NCBI GenBank assembly: GCA_049599475.1
Contig: JBMYOQ010000085.1
Span: forward strand, 1 to 15,851
Origin: Opitutales bacterium
GTDB taxonomy: Bacteria > Verrucomicrobiota > Verrucomicrobiia > Opitutales > JABSRG01
Length of the DNA stretch: 15,851 bases
Direction: 5' to 3'
In this document: one piece after another, positions 15,850-15,851 of the stretch
Layout of the letters: each line of letters begins with the position of its first letter
Position numbering within the stretch: position 1 is the stretch's first letter
Position numbers and translations under genes: made by a program
The notes under the pieces: model-generated
Database searches by the model: none
Seen by the model: only the letters and a program-made list of their open reading frames with translations
Told to the model about the DNA's origin: nothing

Positions 15850-15851
15850 AC

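Noticed and set aside
1..15851. CRISPR array, tRNA/rRNA, integrase, transposase or phage genes
   Set aside because: No regularly spaced direct repeats, RNA gene signatures or recombinase motifs were seen.

Overview
A moderately GC-balanced bacterial chromosomal window. Its gene content (Trp-rich C-terminal surface protein, several sulfatases, GTAG-type REPs) suggests a marine Verrucomicrobiota/Opitutales-like organism; this is inference only. Left to right: three exported or lipoprotein ORFs (one with a SHOCT tail, one with a phospholipase-A2-like CCxxHD motif); a 1018-aa modular surface protein; a small basic secreted protein; a head-to-head pair of paralogous secreted alpha/beta-hydrolases, each fused to the C-terminal domain of the SAM hydrolase/fluorinase (DUF62) family; a secreted, motif-divergent nucleoside hydrolase; a palindrome-rich spacer holding a REPIN-like element; rlmH; and a sulfatase / clan GH-D glycosidase / sulfatase cluster followed by more REP elements. 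The strongest candidate for an undescribed system is 5708-9175: two hydrolase-adenine-binding-domain fusions (one Ser, one Thr nucleophile) plus the nucleoside hydrolase. A structurally covarying REP family (GTRG + 9-bp stem + TCC loop) is the best non-coding observation. All family calls come from motif recognition, not database searches.
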